From Azolla caroliniana (lineage: Eukaryota > Plantae > Polypodiophyta): a stretch of 64,000 nucleotides of DNA. The notes beneath the pieces were generated by a model. The model saw nothing but the letters and a program-made list of their open reading frames with translations. It was not told the origin of the DNA and ran no database searches. Every line of letters begins with the position of its first letter. Positions within the stretch are counted from its first letter, which is position 1. Of the stretch, positions 1 through 15,700 are shown in pieces. A program made the position numbers and the translations under genes. The DNA lies in the NCBI GenBank assembly GCA_043228905.1, contig JBHGNT010000096.1:1-64000 (forward strand). Direction: 5' to 3'.

Positions 1-3000
1 AAACATGCGAATCGAAGCTAACAACGCTAGCTATGATATGGAATTAAAAAATCAAGATTTTGAAACTTCGGTCGAGAGACATGACGAAATTACAAAATTT
101 GAGTAGTGAGTTTAGAGGAGCCCTTGAGTAAATGAAAATGTTCATACCTGGCTTGTGTGATATCGGATATTTGTGTTCAAACATGCGAATCGAAGCTAAC
201 AACGCTAGCTATGATATGGAATTAAAAAATCAAGATTTTTGAAACTTAGGTTGAGAGAAATGACGAAATTACCAAATTTGAATAGTGAGTTGAGAGGAGC
301 CCTTGAGTAAATGAAAATGTTCATACCTGGCTAGTGTAATATCGGATTTTTGTGTTCAAACATGCGAATCGAAGCTAATAACGCTAGCTATAATATGGAA
401 TTAAAAAATGAAAATTTTGAAACTTAGGTCGAGAGACATGACGTAATTACCAAATTTGAGAAGTGAGTGGAGAAGAGCCCTGGAGTGAATTAAAATGTTC
501 AGACCTGGCTCGTGTGATATCGGATTTTTGTGTTCAAACATGCGAATCGAAGCTAACAACGGTAGCTATGATATGGAATTAAAAAATCAAGATTTTGAAA
601 CTCAGGTCGAGAGACATGACGAAATTACTAAATTTGAGGAGTGAGTTGAGAAGAGCCCTGGAGTGAATTAAAATGTTCATACCTGGCTCGTGTGATATCG
701 GATTTTTGTGTTCAAACATGCGAATCGAAGCTAACAATGCTAGCTCTGATATGGAATTAAAAAATCAAGATTTTGAAACTCAGGTCGAGAGACATCACGA
801 AATTAGCAAACATGAGGAGGGAGTTGAGAGGAGCCCTTGAGTAAATGAAAATGTTCATACCTGGCTCGTGTGATATCGAATTTTTCTGTTCAAACATGCG
901 AATCGAAGCTAACAACGCTAGCTATGATATGGAGTTAAAAAATCAAGATTTTGAAACTCCGGTCGAGAGACATGACGAAATTACAAAATTTGAGTAGTGA
1001 GTTTAGAGGAGCCCTTGAGTAAATGAAAATGTTCATACCTGGCTCGTGTGATATCGGATGTTTGTGTTCAAACATGCGAATCGAAGCTAACAATGCTAGC
1101 TATGATATGGAATTAAAAAATCAAGATTTTGAAACTCAGGTCGAGAGACATGAAGAAATTACCAAATTTGAATAGTCAGTTGAGAGGAGCCCTTGAGTAA
1201 ATGAAAATGTTCATACCTAGCTCGTGTAATATCGGATTTTTGTGTTCAAACATACGTATCGAAGCTAATAACGCTAGCTATGATATGGAGTAAAAAAATC
1301 AAGATTTTGAAACTCAGGTCGAGAGACATGACAAAATTAGCAAGCATGAGGAGGGAGTTGAGAGGAGCCCTTGAGTAAATTAAAATGTACATACCTGGCT
1401 CGTGTGATATCGGATTTTTGTGTTCAAACATGCGAATCGAAGCTAACAACGCTAGCTATGATATGGAATTAAAAAATCAAGATTTTGAAACTCATGTCGA
1501 GAGACATAAAGAAATTACCAAATTTGAGGAGTGAGTTTAGAGGAGCCCTTGAGTAAATGAAAATGTTCATACCTGGCTCGTGTAATATCAGATTTTTGTG
1601 TTCAAACATGCGAATCGAAGCTAACAACGCTAGCTATGATATGGAGTTAAAAAATCAAGATTTTGAAACTCAGGTCGAGAGACATGACGAAATTAGCAAA
1701 CATGAGGAGGGAGTTGAGAGGAGCCCTTGAGTAAATTAAAATGTTCATACCTGGCTCGTGTGATATCGGATTTTTGTGTTCAAACATGCGAATCGAAGCT
1801 AACAACGCTAGCTATGATATGGAATTAAAAAATCAAGATTTTTGAAACTTAGGTTGAGAGAAATGACGAAATTACCAAATTTGAATAGTGAGTTGAGAGG
1901 AGCCCTTGAGTAAATGAAAATGTTCATACCTGGCTAGTGTAATATCGGATTTTTGTGTTCAAACATGCGAATCGAAGCTAAGAACGCTAGCTATGATATG
2001 GAATTAAAAAATGAAGATTTTGAAACTCAGGTCGAGAGACATGACGAAATTACCAAATTTGAGGAGTGAGTGGAGAAGAGCCCTGGAGTGAATTAAAATG
2101 TTCAGACCTGGCTCGTGTGATATCGGATTTTTGTGTTCAAACATGCGAATCGAAGCTAACAACGCTAGCTATGATATGGAATTAAAAAATCAAGATTTTT
2201 GAATCTCAGGTCGAGAGAAATAACGAAATTACCAAATTTGAGAAGTGAGTTGAGAGGAGCCCTTGAGTAAATTAAAATGTTCATACCTGGCTCGTCTGAT
2301 ATCGGAGTTTTGTGTTCAAACATGCGAATCGAAGCTAACAACGCTAGCTATGATATGGAGTTAAAAAATCAAGATTTTGAAACTCCGGTCGAGAGACATG
2401 ACGAAATTACAAAATTTGAGTAGTGAGTTTAGAGGAGCCCTTGAGTAAATGAAAATGTTCATACCTGGCTCGTGTGATATCGGATGTTTGTGTTCAAACA
2501 TGCGAATCGAAGCTAACAATGCTAGCTATGATATGGAATTAAAAAATCAAGATTTTGAAACTCAGGTCGAGAGACATGAAGAAATTACCAAATTTGAATA
2601 GTCAGTTGAGAGGATCCCTTGAGTAAATGAAAATGTTCATACCTAGCTCGTGTAATATCGGATTTTTGTGTTCAAACATACGTATCGAAGGTAATAACGC
2701 TAGCTATGATATGGAGTAAAAAAATCAAGATTTTGAAACTCAGGTCGAGAGACATGACGAAATTAGCAAGCATGAGGAGGGAGTTGAGAGGAGCCCTTGA
2801 GTAAATTAAAATGTTCATACCTGGCTTGTGTGATATCGGATTTTTGTGTTCAAACATGCGAATCGAAGCTAACAACGCTAGCTACGATATGGAATTAAAA
2901 AATCAAGGTTTTGAAACGCAGGTCGAGAGACATAAAGAAATTACCAAATTTGAGGAGTGAGTTTAGAGGAGCCCTTGAGTAAATGAAAATGTTCATACCT

Positions 3001-6000
3001 GGCTCGTGTAATATCAGATTTTTGTGTTCAAACATGCGAATCGAAGCTAACAACGCTAGCTATGATATGGAGTTAAAAAATCAAGATTTTGAAACTCAGG
3101 TCGAGAGACATGACGAAATTAGCAAACATGAGGAGGGAGTTGAGAGGAGCCCTTGAGTAAATTAAAATGTTCATACCTGGCTCGTGTGATATCGGATTTT
3201 TGTGTTCAAACATGCGAATCGAAGCTAACAACGCTAGCTATGATATGGAATTAAAAAATCAAGATTTTTGAAACTTAGGTTGAGAGAAATGACGAAATTA
3301 CCAAATTTGAATAGTGAGTTGAGAGGAGCCCTTGAGTAAATGAAAATGTTCATACCTGGCTAGTGTAATATCGGATTTTTGTGTTCAAACATGCGAATCG
3401 AAGCTAAGAACGCTAGCTATGATATGGAATTAAAAAATGAAGATTTTGAAACTCAGGTCGAGAGACATGACGAAATTACCAAATTTGAGGAGTGAGTGGA
3501 GAAGAGCCCTGGAGTGAATTAAAATGTTCAGACCTGGCTCGTGTGATATCGGATTTTTGTGTTCAAACATGCGAATCGAAGCTAACAACGCTAGCTATGA
3601 TATGGAATTAAAAAATCAAGATATTGAAACTCCCGTCGAGAGACATGACGAAATTACAAAATTTGAGTAGTGAGTTTAGAGGAGCCCTTGAGTAAATGAA
3701 AATGTTCATACCTGGCTCGTGTGATATCGGATGTTTGTGTTCAAACATGCGAATCGAAGCTAACAATGCTAGCTATGATATGGAGTTAAAAAATCAAGAT
3801 TTTGAAACTCAGGTCGAGAGACATGAAGAAATTACCAAATTTGAGAAGTGAGTTGAGAGGAGCCCTTGAGTAAATGAAAATGTTCATATCTAGCTCGTGT
3901 AATATCGGATTTTTGTGTTCAAACATACGTAGCGAAGCTAATAACGCTAGCTATGATATGGAGTAAAAAAATCAAGATTTTGAAACTCAGGTCTAGAGAC
4001 ATGACGAAATTAGCAAATTTGAGGAGTGAGTTTAAAGGAGCCCTTGAGTAATTGAAAATGTTCATACCTGGCTCGTGTAATATCAGATTTTTGTGTTCAA
4101 ACATGTGAATCGAAGCTAACAACGGTAGCTATGATATGGAGTTAAAAAATCAAGATTTTGAAACTCAGGTCGAGAGACATGACAAAATTAGCAAACATGA
4201 GGAGGGAGTTGAGAGGAGCCCTTGAGTAAATAAAAATGTTCATACCTGGCTCGTGTGATATCGGATTTTTGTGTTCAAACATGCGAATCGAAGCTAACAA
4301 CGGTAGCTATGATATGGAATTAAAAAATGAAGATTTTGAAACTCAGGTCGAGAGACATGACGAAATTACCAAATTTGAGGAGTGAGTTGAGAGGAGCCCT
4401 TGAGTAAATGAAAATGTTCATACCTGGCTCGTGTGATATCGGATGTTTGTGTTCAAACATGCGAATCGAAGCTAACAACGGTAGCTATGATATGGAATTA
4501 AAAATCAAGATTTTGAAACTCAGGTCGAGAGACATGACGAAATTACCAAATTTGAGAAGTGAGTTGAGAGGAGCCCTTGAGTAAATGAAAATGTTCATAC
4601 CTAGCTCGTGTAATATCGGATTTTTGTGTTCAAACATACGTATCGAAGCTAATAACGCTAGCTATGATATGGAGTAAAAAAATCAAGATTTTGAAACTCA
4701 GGTCTAGAGACATGACGAAATTAGCAAACTTGAGGAGGGAGTTGAGAGGAGCCCTTGAGTAAATAAAAATGTTCATACCTAGATCGTGTGATATCGGATT
4801 TTTGTGTTCAAACTTGCGAATCGAAGCTAACAACGGTAGCTACGATATGGAATTAAAAAATCAAGGTTTTGAAACGCAGGTCGAGAGACATAAAGAAATT
4901 ACCAAATTTGAGGAGTGAGTTTAGAGGAGCCCTTGACTAATTGAAAATGTTCATACCTGGCTCGTGTAATATCAGATTTTTGTGTTCAAACATGCGAATC
5001 GAAGCTAACAACGCTAGCTATGATATGGAGTTAAAAAATCAAGATTTTGAAACTCAGGTCGAGAGACATGACAAAATTAGCAAACATGAGGAGGGAGTTA
5101 AGAGGAGCCCTTGAGTAAATTAAAATGTTCATACCTGGCTTGTGTGATATCGGATTTTTGTGTTCAAACATGCGAATCGAAGCTAACAACGCTAGCTATG
5201 ATATGGAATTAAAAAATCAAGATTTTTGAAACTTAGGTTGAGAGAAATGACGAAATTACCAAATTTGAATAGTGAGTTGAGAGGAGCCCTTGAGTAAATG
5301 AAAATGTTCATACCTGGCTAGTGTAATATCGGATTTTTGTGTTCAAACATGCGAATCGAAGCTAACAACGCTAGCTATGATATGGAATTAAAAAATGAAG
5401 AATTTGAAACTCAGGTCGAGAGACATGACGAAATTACCAAATTTGAGAAGTGAGTTGAGAGGAGCCCTTGAGTAAATGAAAATGTTCATACCTGGCTCGT
5501 GTAATATCGGATTTTTGTGTTCAAACATGCGAATCGAAGCTAACAACGCTAGCTATGATATGGAGTAAAAAAATCAAGATTTTGAAACTCAGGTCGAGAG
5601 ACATGACAAAATTACTAAATTTGAGGAGTGAGTTGAGAAGAGCCCTGGAGTGAATTAAAATGTTCATACCTGGCTCGTGTGATATCGGATTTTTGTGTTC
5701 AAACATGCGAATCGAAGCTAACAATGCTAGCTCTGATATGGAATTAAAAAATCAAGATTTTGAAACTCAGGTCGAGAGACATGACGAAATTAGCAAACAT
5801 GAGGAGGGAGTTGAGAGGAGCCCTTGAGTAAATGAAAATGTTCATACCTAGCTCGTGTGATATCGGATTTTTGTGTTCAAACATGCGAATCGAAGCTAAC
5901 AACGCTAGCTATGATATGGAGTTAAAAAATGAAGATTTTGAAACTCAGGTCGAGAGACATGAAGAAATTACCAAATTTGAGGAGTGAGTTGAGAGGAGCC

Positions 6001-9000
6001 CTTGAGTAAATGAAAATGTTCATACCTAGCTCGTGTAATATCGGATTTTTGTGTTCAAACATACGTATCGAAGCTAATAACGCTAGCTATTATATGGAAT
6101 TAAAAAATCAAGATTTTGAAACTCAGGTCGAGAGAAATAACGAAATTACCAAATTTGAGAAGTGAGTTGAGAGGAGCCCTTGAGTAAATTAAAATGTTCA
6201 TACCTGGCTCGTCTGATATCGGAGTTTTGTGTTCAAACATGCGAATCGAAGCTAACAACGCTAGCTATGATATGGAATTAAAAAATCAAGATTTTGAAAC
6301 TTCGGTCGAGAGACATGACGAAATTACAAAATTTGAGTAGTGAGTTTAGAGGAGCCCTTGAGTAAATGAAAATGTTCATACCTGGCTTGTGTGATATCGG
6401 ATATTTGTGTTCAAACATGCGAATCGAAGCTAACAACGCTAGCTATGATATGGAATTAAAAAATCAAGATTTTTGAAACTTAGGTTGAGAGAAATGACGA
6501 AATTACCAAATTTGAATAGTGAGTTGAGAGGAGCCCTTGAGTAAATGAAAATGTTCATACCTGGCTAGTGTAATATCGGATTTTTGTGTTCAAACATGCG
6601 AATCGAAGCTAATAACGCTAGCTATAATATGGAATTAAAAAATGAAAATTTTGAAACTTAGGTCGAGAGACATGACGTAATTACCAAATTTGAGAAGTGA
6701 GTGGAGAAGAGCCCTGGAGTGAATTAAAATGTTCAGACCTGGCTCGTGTGATATCGGATTTTTGTGTTCAAACATGCGAATCGAAGCTAACAACGGTAGC
6801 TATGATATGGAATTAAAAAATCAAGATTTTGAAACTCAGGTCGAGAGACATGACGAAATTACTAAATTTGAGGAGTGAGTTGAGAAGAGCCCTGGAGTGA
6901 ATTAAAATGTTCATACCTGGCTCGTGTGATATCGGATTTTTGTGTTCAAACATGCGAATCGAAGCTAACAATGCTAGCTCTGATATGGAATTAAAAAATC
7001 AAGATTTTGAAACTCAGGTCGAGAGACATCACGAAATTAGCAAACATGAGGAGGGAGTTGAGAGGAGCCCTTGAGTAAATGAAAATGTTCATACCTGGCT
7101 CGTGTGATATCGAATTTTTCTGTTCAAACATGCGAATCGAAGCTAACAACGCTAGCTATGATATGGAGTTAAAAAATCAAGATTTTGAAACTCCGGTCGA
7201 GAGACATGACGAAATTACAAAATTTGAGTAGTGAGTTTAGAGGAGCCCTTGAGTAAATGAAAATGTTCATACCTGGCTCGTGTGATATCGGATGTTTGTG
7301 TTCAAACATGCGAATCGAAGCTAACAATGCTAGCTATGATATGGAATTAAAAAATCAAGATTTTGAAACTCAGGTCGAGAGACATGAAGAAATTACCAAA
7401 TTTGAATAGTCAGTTGAGAGGAGCCCTTGAGTAAATGAAAATGTTCATACCTAGCTCGTGTAATATCGGATTTTTGTGTTCAAACATACGTATCGAAGCT
7501 AATAACGCTAGCTATGATATGGAGTAAAAAAATCAAGATTTTGAAACTCAGGTCGAGAGACATGACAAAATTAGCAAGCATGAGGAGGGAGTTGAGAGGA
7601 GCCCTTGAGTAAATTAAAATGTACATACCTGGCTCGTGTGATATCGGATTTTTGTGTTCAAACATGCGAATCGAAGCTAACAACGCTAGCTATGATATGG
7701 AATTAAAAAATCAAGATTTTGAAACTCATGTCGAGAGACATAAAGAAATTACCAAATTTGAGGAGTGAGTTTAGAGGAGCCCTTGAGTAAATGAAAATGT
7801 TCATACCTGGCTCGTGTAATATCAGATTTTTGTGTTCAAACATGCGAATCGAAGCTAACAACGCTAGCTATGATATGGAGTTAAAAAATCAAGATTTTGA
7901 AACTCAGGTCGAGAGACATGACGAAATTAGCAAACATGAGGAGGGAGTTGAGAGGAGCCCTTGAGTAAATTAAAATGTTCATACCTGGCTCGTGTGATAT
8001 CGGATTTTTGTGTTCAAACATGCGAATCGAAGCTAACAACGCTAGCTATGATATGGAATTAAAAAATCAAGATTTTTGAAACTTAGGTTGAGAGAAATGA
8101 CGAAATTACCAAATTTGAATAGTGAGTTGAGAGGAGCCCTTGAGTAAATGAAAATGTTCATACCTGGCTAGTGTAATATCGGATTTTTGTGTTCAAACAT
8201 GCGAATCGAAGCTAAGAACGCTAGCTATGATATGGAATTAAAAAATGAAGATTTTGAAACTCAGGTCGAGAGACATGACGAAATTACCAAATTTGAGGAG
8301 TGAGTGGAGAAGAGCCCTGGAGTGAATTAAAATGTTCAGACCTGGCTCGTGTGATATCGGATTTTTGTGTTCAAACATGCGAATCGAAGCTAACAACGCT
8401 AGCTATGATATGGAATTAAAAAATCAAGATTTTTGAATCTCAGGTCGAGAGAAATAACGAAATTACCAAATTTGAGAAGTGAGTTGAGAGGAGCCCTTGA
8501 GTAAATTAAAATGTTCATACCTGGCTCGTCTGATATCGGAGTTTTGTGTTCAAACATGCGAATCGAAGCTAACAACGCTAGCTATGATATGGAGTTAAAA
8601 AATCAAGATTTTGAAACTCCGGTCGAGAGACATGACGAAATTACAAAATTTGAGTAGTGAGTTTAGAGGAGCCCTTGAGTAAATGAAAATGTTCATACCT
8701 GGCTCGTGTGATATCGGATGTTTGTGTTCAAACATGCGAATCGAAGCTAACAATGCTAGCTATGATATGGAATTAAAAAATCAAGATTTTGAAACTCAGG
8801 TCGAGAGACATGAAGAAATTACCAAATTTGAATAGTCAGTTGAGAGGATCCCTTGAGTAAATGAAAATGTTCATACCTAGCTCGTGTAATATCGGATTTT
8901 TGTGTTCAAACATACGTATCGAAGGTAATAACGCTAGCTATGATATGGAGTAAAAAAATCAAGATTTTGAAACTCAGGTCGAGAGACATGACGAAATTAG

Positions 9001-11800
9001 CAAGCATGAGGAGGGAGTTGAGAGGAGCCCTTGAGTAAATTAAAATGTTCATACCTGGCTTGTGTGATATCGGATTTTTGTGTTCAAACATGCGAATCGA
9101 AGCTAACAACGCTAGCTACGATATGGAATTAAAAAATCAAGGTTTTGAAACGCAGGTCGAGAGACATAAAGAAATTACCAAATTTGAGGAGTGAGTTTAG
9201 AGGAGCCCTTGAGTAAATGAAAATGTTCATACCTGGCTCGTGTAATATCAGATTTTTGTGTTCAAACATGCGAATCGAAGCTAACAACGCTAGCTATGAT
9301 ATGGAGTTAAAAAATCAAGATTTTGAAACTCAGGTCGAGAGACATGACGAAATTAGCAAACATGAGGAGGGAGTTGAGAGGAGCCCTTGAGTAAATTAAA
9401 ATGTTCATACCTGGCTCGTGTGATATCGGATTTTTGTGTTCAAACATGCGAATCGAAGCTAACAACGCTAGCTATGATATGGAATTAAAAAATCAAGATT
9501 TTTGAAACTTAGGTTGAGAGAAATGACGAAATTACCAAATTTGAATAGTGAGTTGAGAGGAGCCCTTGAGTAAATGAAAATGTTCATACCTGGCTAGTGT
9601 AATATCGGATTTTTGTGTTCAAACATGCGAATCGAAGCTAAGAACGCTAGCTATGATATGGAATTAAAAAATGAAGATTTTGAAACTCAGGTCGAGAGAC
9701 ATGACGAAATTACCAAATTTGAGGAGTGAGTGGAGAAGAGCCCTGGAGTGAATTAAAATGTTCAGACCTGGCTCGTGTGATATCGGATTTTTGTGTTCAA
9801 ACATGCGAATCGAAGCTAACAACGCTAGCTATGATATGGAATTAAAAAATCAAGATATTGAAACTCCCGTCGAGAGACATGACGAAATTACAAAATTTGA
9901 GTAGTGAGTTTAGAGGAGCCCTTGAGTAAATGAAAATGTTCATACCTGGCTCGTGTGATATCGGATGTTTGTGTTCAAACATGCGAATCGAAGCTAACAA
10001 TGCTAGCTATGATATGGAGTTAAAAAATCAAGATTTTGAAACTCAGGTCGAGAGACATGAAGAAATTACCAAATTTGAGAAGTGAGTTGAGAGGAGCCCT
10101 TGAGTAAATGAAAATGTTCATATCTAGCTCGTGTAATATCGGATTTTTGTGTTCAAACATACGTAGCGAAGCTAATAACGCTAGCTATGATATGGAGTAA
10201 AAAAATCAAGATTTTGAAACTCAGGTCTAGAGACATGACGAAATTAGCAAATTTGAGGAGTGAGTTTAAAGGAGCCCTTGAGTAATTGAAAATGTTCATA
10301 CCTGGCTCGTGTAATATCAGATTTTTGTGTTCAAACATGTGAATCGAAGCTAACAACGGTAGCTATGATATGGAGTTAAAAAATCAAGATTTTGAAACTC
10401 AGGTCGAGAGACATGACAAAATTAGCAAACATGAGGAGGGAGTTGAGAGGAGCCCTTGAGTAAATAAAAATGTTCATACCTGGCTCGTGTGATATCGGAT
10501 TTTTGTGTTCAAACATGCGAATCGAAGCTAACAACGGTAGCTATGATATGGAATTAAAAAATGAAGATTTTGAAACTCAGGTCGAGAGACATGACGAAAT
10601 TACCAAATTTGAGGAGTGAGTTGAGAGGAGCCCTTGAGTAAATGAAAATGTTCATACCTGGCTCGTGTGATATCGGATGTTTGTGTTCAAACATGCGAAT
10701 CGAAGCTAACAACGGTAGCTATGATATGGAATTAAAAATCAAGATTTTGAAACTCAGGTCGAGAGACATGACGAAATTACCAAATTTGAGAAGTGAGTTG
10801 AGAGGAGCCCTTGAGTAAATGAAAATGTTCATACCTAGCTCGTGTAATATCGGATTTTTGTGTTCAAACATACGTATCGAAGCTAATAACGCTAGCTATG
10901 ATATGGAGTAAAAAAATCAAGATTTTGAAACTCAGGTCTAGAGACATGACGAAATTAGCAAACTTGAGGAGGGAGTTGAGAGGAGCCCTTGAGTAAATAA
11001 AAATGTTCATACCTAGATCGTGTGATATCGGATTTTTGTGTTCAAACTTGCGAATCGAAGCTAACAACGGTAGCTACGATATGGAATTAAAAAATCAAGG
11101 TTTTGAAACGCAGGTCGAGAGACATAAAGAAATTACCAAATTTGAGGAGTGAGTTTAGAGGAGCCCTTGACTAATTGAAAATGTTCATACCTGGCTCGTG
11201 TAATATCAGATTTTTGTGTTCAAACATGCGAATCGAAGCTAACAACGCTAGCTATGATATGGAGTTAAAAAATCAAGATTTTGAAACTCAGGTCGAGAGA
11301 CATGACAAAATTAGCAAACATGAGGAGGGAGTTAAGAGGAGCCCTTGAGTAAATTAAAATGTTCATACCTGGCTTGTGTGATATCGGATTTTTGTGTTCA
11401 AACATGCGAATCGAAGCTAACAACGCTAGCTATGATATGGAATTAAAAAATCAAGATTTTTGAAACTTAGGTTGAGAGAAATGACGAAATTACCAAATTT
11501 CAATAGTGAGTTGAGAGGAGCCCTTGAGTAAATGAAAATGTTCATACCTGGCTAGTGTAATATCGGATTTTTGTGTTCAAACATGCGAATCGAAGCTAAC
11601 AACGCTAGCTATGATATGGAATTAAAAAATGAAGAATTTGAAACTCAGGTCGAGAGACATGACGAAATTACCAAATTTGAGAAGTGAGTTGAGAGGAGCC
11701 CTTGAGTAAATGAAAATGTTCATACCTGGCTCGTGTAATATCGGATTTTTGTGTTCAAACATGCGAATCGAAGCTAACAACGCTAGCTATGATATGGAGT
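1..11800 (+). repeat. 35-monomer (6234-bp) higher-order duplication: 1-5566 repeated at 6235-11800
   Basis: Rare variants recur at +6234 (GAAACTTCGGTC; ORF-track pairs 1246/7480, 2672/8906, 3919/10153, 4630/10864). Identity breaks at 5567/11801. Confidence 0.93.
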
Positions 11801-12750
11801 TAAAAAATCAAGATTTTGAAACTCAGGTCGAGAGACATGACAAAATTAGCAAACATGAGGAGGGAGTTAAGAGGAGCCCTTGAGTAAATTAAAATGTTCA
11901 TACCTGGCTTGTGTGATATCGGATTTTTGTGTTCAAACATGCGAATCGAAGCTAACAACGCTAGCTATGATATGGAATTAAAAAATCAAGATTTTTGAAA
12001 CTTAGGTTGAGAGAAATGACGAAATTACCAAATTTGAATAGTGAGTTGAGAGGAGCCCTTGAGTAAATGAAAATGTTCATACCTGGCTAGTGTAATATCG
12101 GATTTTTGTGTTCAAACATGCGAATCGAAGCTAACAACGCTAGCTATGATATGGAATTAAAAAATGAAGAATTTGAAACTCAGGTCGAGAGACATGACGA
12201 AATTACCAAATTTGAGAAGTGAGTTGAGAGGAGCCCTTGAGTAAATGAAAATGTTCATACCTGGCTCGTGTAATATCGGATTTTTGTGTTCAAACATGCG
12301 AATCGAAGCTAACAACGCTAGCTATGATATGGAGTTAAAAAATCAAGATTTTGAAACTCAGGTCGAGAGACATGACAAAATTAGCAAACATGAGGAGGGA
12401 GTTAAGAGGAGCCCTTGAGTAAATTAAAATGTTCATACCTGGCTTGTGTGATATCGGATTTTTGTGTTCAAACATGCGAATCGAAGCTAACAACGCTAGC
12501 TATGATATGGAATTAAAAAATCAAGATTTTTGAAACTTAGGTTGAGAGAAATGACGAAATTACCAAATTTGAATAGTGAGTTGAGAGGAGCCCTTGAGTA
12601 AATGAAAATGTTCATACCTGGCTAGTGTAATATCGGATTTTTGTGTTCAAACATGCGAATCGAAGCTAACAACGCTAGCTATGATATGGAATTAAAAAAT
12701 GAAGAATTTGAAACTCAGGTCGAGAGACATGACGAAATTACCAAATTTGA
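11221..12750 (+). repeat. 535-bp three-monomer unit repeated about 3 times in tandem
   Basis: Variant GTTAAGAGGA at 11331, 11866 and 12401, each followed by the same two variant monomers. Confidence 0.85.
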
Positions 12751-15700
12751 GGAGTGAGTGGAGAAGAGCCCTGGAGTGAATTAAAATGTTCAGACCTGGC
12801 TCGTGTGATATCGGATTTTTGTGTTCAAACATGCGAATCGAAGGTAACAACGGTAGCTACGATATGGAATTAAAAAATCAAGGTTTTGAAACGCAGGTCG
12901 AGAGACATAAAGAAATTACCAAATTTGAGGAGTGAGTTTAGAGGAGCCCTTGAGTAAATGAAAATGTTCATACCTAGCTCGTGTAATATCGGGATTTTGT
13001 GTTCAAACATACGTATCGAAGCTAATAACGCTAGCTATTATATGGAATTAAAAAATCAAGATTTTGAAACTCAGGTCGAGAGAAATAACGAAATTACCAA
13101 ATTTGAGAAGTGAGTTGAGAGGAGCCCTTGAGTAAATTAAAATGTTCATACCTGGCTCGTCTGATATCGGAGTTTTGTGTTCAAACATGCGAATCGAAGC
13201 TAACAACGCTAGCTATGATATGGAATTAAAAAATCAAGATTTTGAAACTCCGGTCGAGAGACATGACGAAATTACAAAATTTGAGTAGTGAGTTTAGAGG
13301 AGCCCTTGAGTAAATGAAAATGTTCATACCTGGCTTGTGTGATATCGGATATTTGTGTTCAAACATGCGAATCGAAGCTAACAATGCTAGCTATGATATG
13401 GAATTAAAAAATCAAGATTTTGAAACTCAGGTCGAGAGACATGAAGAAATTACCAAATTTGAATAGTCAGTTGAGAGGAGCCCTTGAGTAAATAAAAATG
13501 TTCATACCTAGCTCGTGTAATATCGGATTTTTGTGTTCAAACATACGTATCGAGGCTAATAACGCTAGCTATGATATGGAGTAAAAAAATCAAGATTTTG
13601 AAACTCAGGTCTAGAGACATGACGAAATTAGCAAACTTGAGGAGGGAGTTGAGAGGAGCCCTTCAGTAAATGAAAATGTTCATACCTGGCTCGTGTAATA
13701 TCGGATTTTTGTGTTCAAACATGCGAATCGAAGCTAACAACGCTAGCTATGATATGGAATTAAAAAATCAAGATTTTTGAAACTTAGGTTGAGAGAAATG
13801 ATGAAATTACCAAATTTGAATAGTGAGTTGAGAGGAGCCCTTGAGTAAATGAAAATGTTCATACCTGGCTAGTGTAATATCGGATTTTTGTGTTCAAACA
13901 TGCGAATCGAAGCTAACAACGCTAGCTATGATATGGAATTAAAAAATGAAGAATTTGAAACTCAGGTCGAGAGACATGACGAAATTACCAAATTTGAGGA
14001 GTGAGTGGAGAAGAGCCCTGGAGTGAATTAAAATGTTCAGACCTGGCTCGTGTGATATCGGATTTTTGTGTTCAAACATGCGAATCGAAGCTAACAACGG
14101 TAGCTATGATATGGAATTAAAAAATCAAGATTTTGAAACTCAGGTCGAGAGACATGACGAAATTACTAAATTTGAGGAGTGAGTTGAGAAGAGCCCTGGA
14201 GTGAATTAAAATGTTCATACCTGGCTCGTGTGATATCGGATTTTTGTGTTCAAACATGCGAATCGAAGCTAACAATGCTAGCTCTGATATGGAATTAAAA
14301 AATCAAGATTTTGAAACTCAGGTCGAGAGACATGACGAAATTAGCAAACATGAGGAGGGAGTTGAGAGGAGCCCTTGAGTAAATGAAAATGTTCATACCT
14401 AGCTCGTGTGATATCGGATTTTTGTGTTCAAACATGCGAATCGAAGCTAACAACGCTAGCTATGATATGGAGTTAAAAAATGAAGATTTTGAAACTCAGG
14501 TCGAGAGACATGAAGAAATTACCAAATTTGAGGAGTGAATTGAGAGGAGCCCTTGAGTAAATGAAAATGTTCATACCTAGCTCGTGTAATATCGGATTTT
14601 TGTGTTCAAACATACGTATCGAAGCTAATAACGCTAGCTATTATATGGAATTAAAAAATCAAGATTTTGAAACTCAAGTCGAGAGAAATAACGAAATTAC
14701 CAAATTTGAGAAGTGAGTTGAGAGGAGCCCTTGAGTAAATTAAAATGTTCATACCTGGCTCGTCTGATATCGGAGTTTTGTGTTCAAACATGCGAATCGA
14801 AGCTAACAACGCTAGCTATGATATGGAATTAAAAAATCAAGATTTTGAAACTCCGGTCGAGAGACATGACGAAATTACAAAATTTGAGTAGTGAGTTTAG
14901 AGGAGCCCTTGAGTAAATGAAAATGTTCATACCTGGCTTGTGTGATATCGGATATTTGTGTTCAAACATGCGAATCGAAGCTAACAATGCTAGCTATGAT
15001 ATGGAATTAAAAAATCAAGATTTTGAAACTCAGGTCGAGAGACATGAAGAAATTACCAAATTTGAGGAGTGAGTTGAGAGGAGCCCTTGAGTAAATGAAA
15101 ATGTTCATACCTAGCTCGTGTAATATCGGATTTTTGTGTTCAAACATACGTATCGAAGCTAATAACGCTAGCTATGATATGGAGTAAAAAACTCAAGATT
15201 TTGAAACTCAGGTCTAGAGACATGACGAAATTAGCAAACTTGAGGAGGGAGTTGAGAGGAGCCCTTGAGTAAATAAAAATGTTCATACCTGGCTCGTGTG
15301 ATATCGGATTTTTGTGTTCAAACATGCGAATCGAAGCTAACAACGGTAGCTATGATATGGAATTAAAAAATGAAGATTTTGAAACTCAGGTCGAGAGACA
15401 TGACGAAATTACCAAATTTGAGGAGTGAGTTGAGAGGAGCCCTTGAGTAAATGAAAATGTTCATACCTGGCTCGTGTGATATCGGATGTTTGTGTTCAAA
15501 CATGCGAATCGAAGCTAACAACGGTAGCTATGATATGGAATTAAAAATCAAGATTTTGAAACTCAGGTCGAGAGACATGACGAAATTACCAAATTTGAGA
15601 AGTGAGTTGAGAGGAGCCCTTGAGTAAATGAAAATGTTCATACCTAGCTCGTGTAATATCGGATTTTTGTGTTCAAACATACGTATCGAAGCTAATAACG

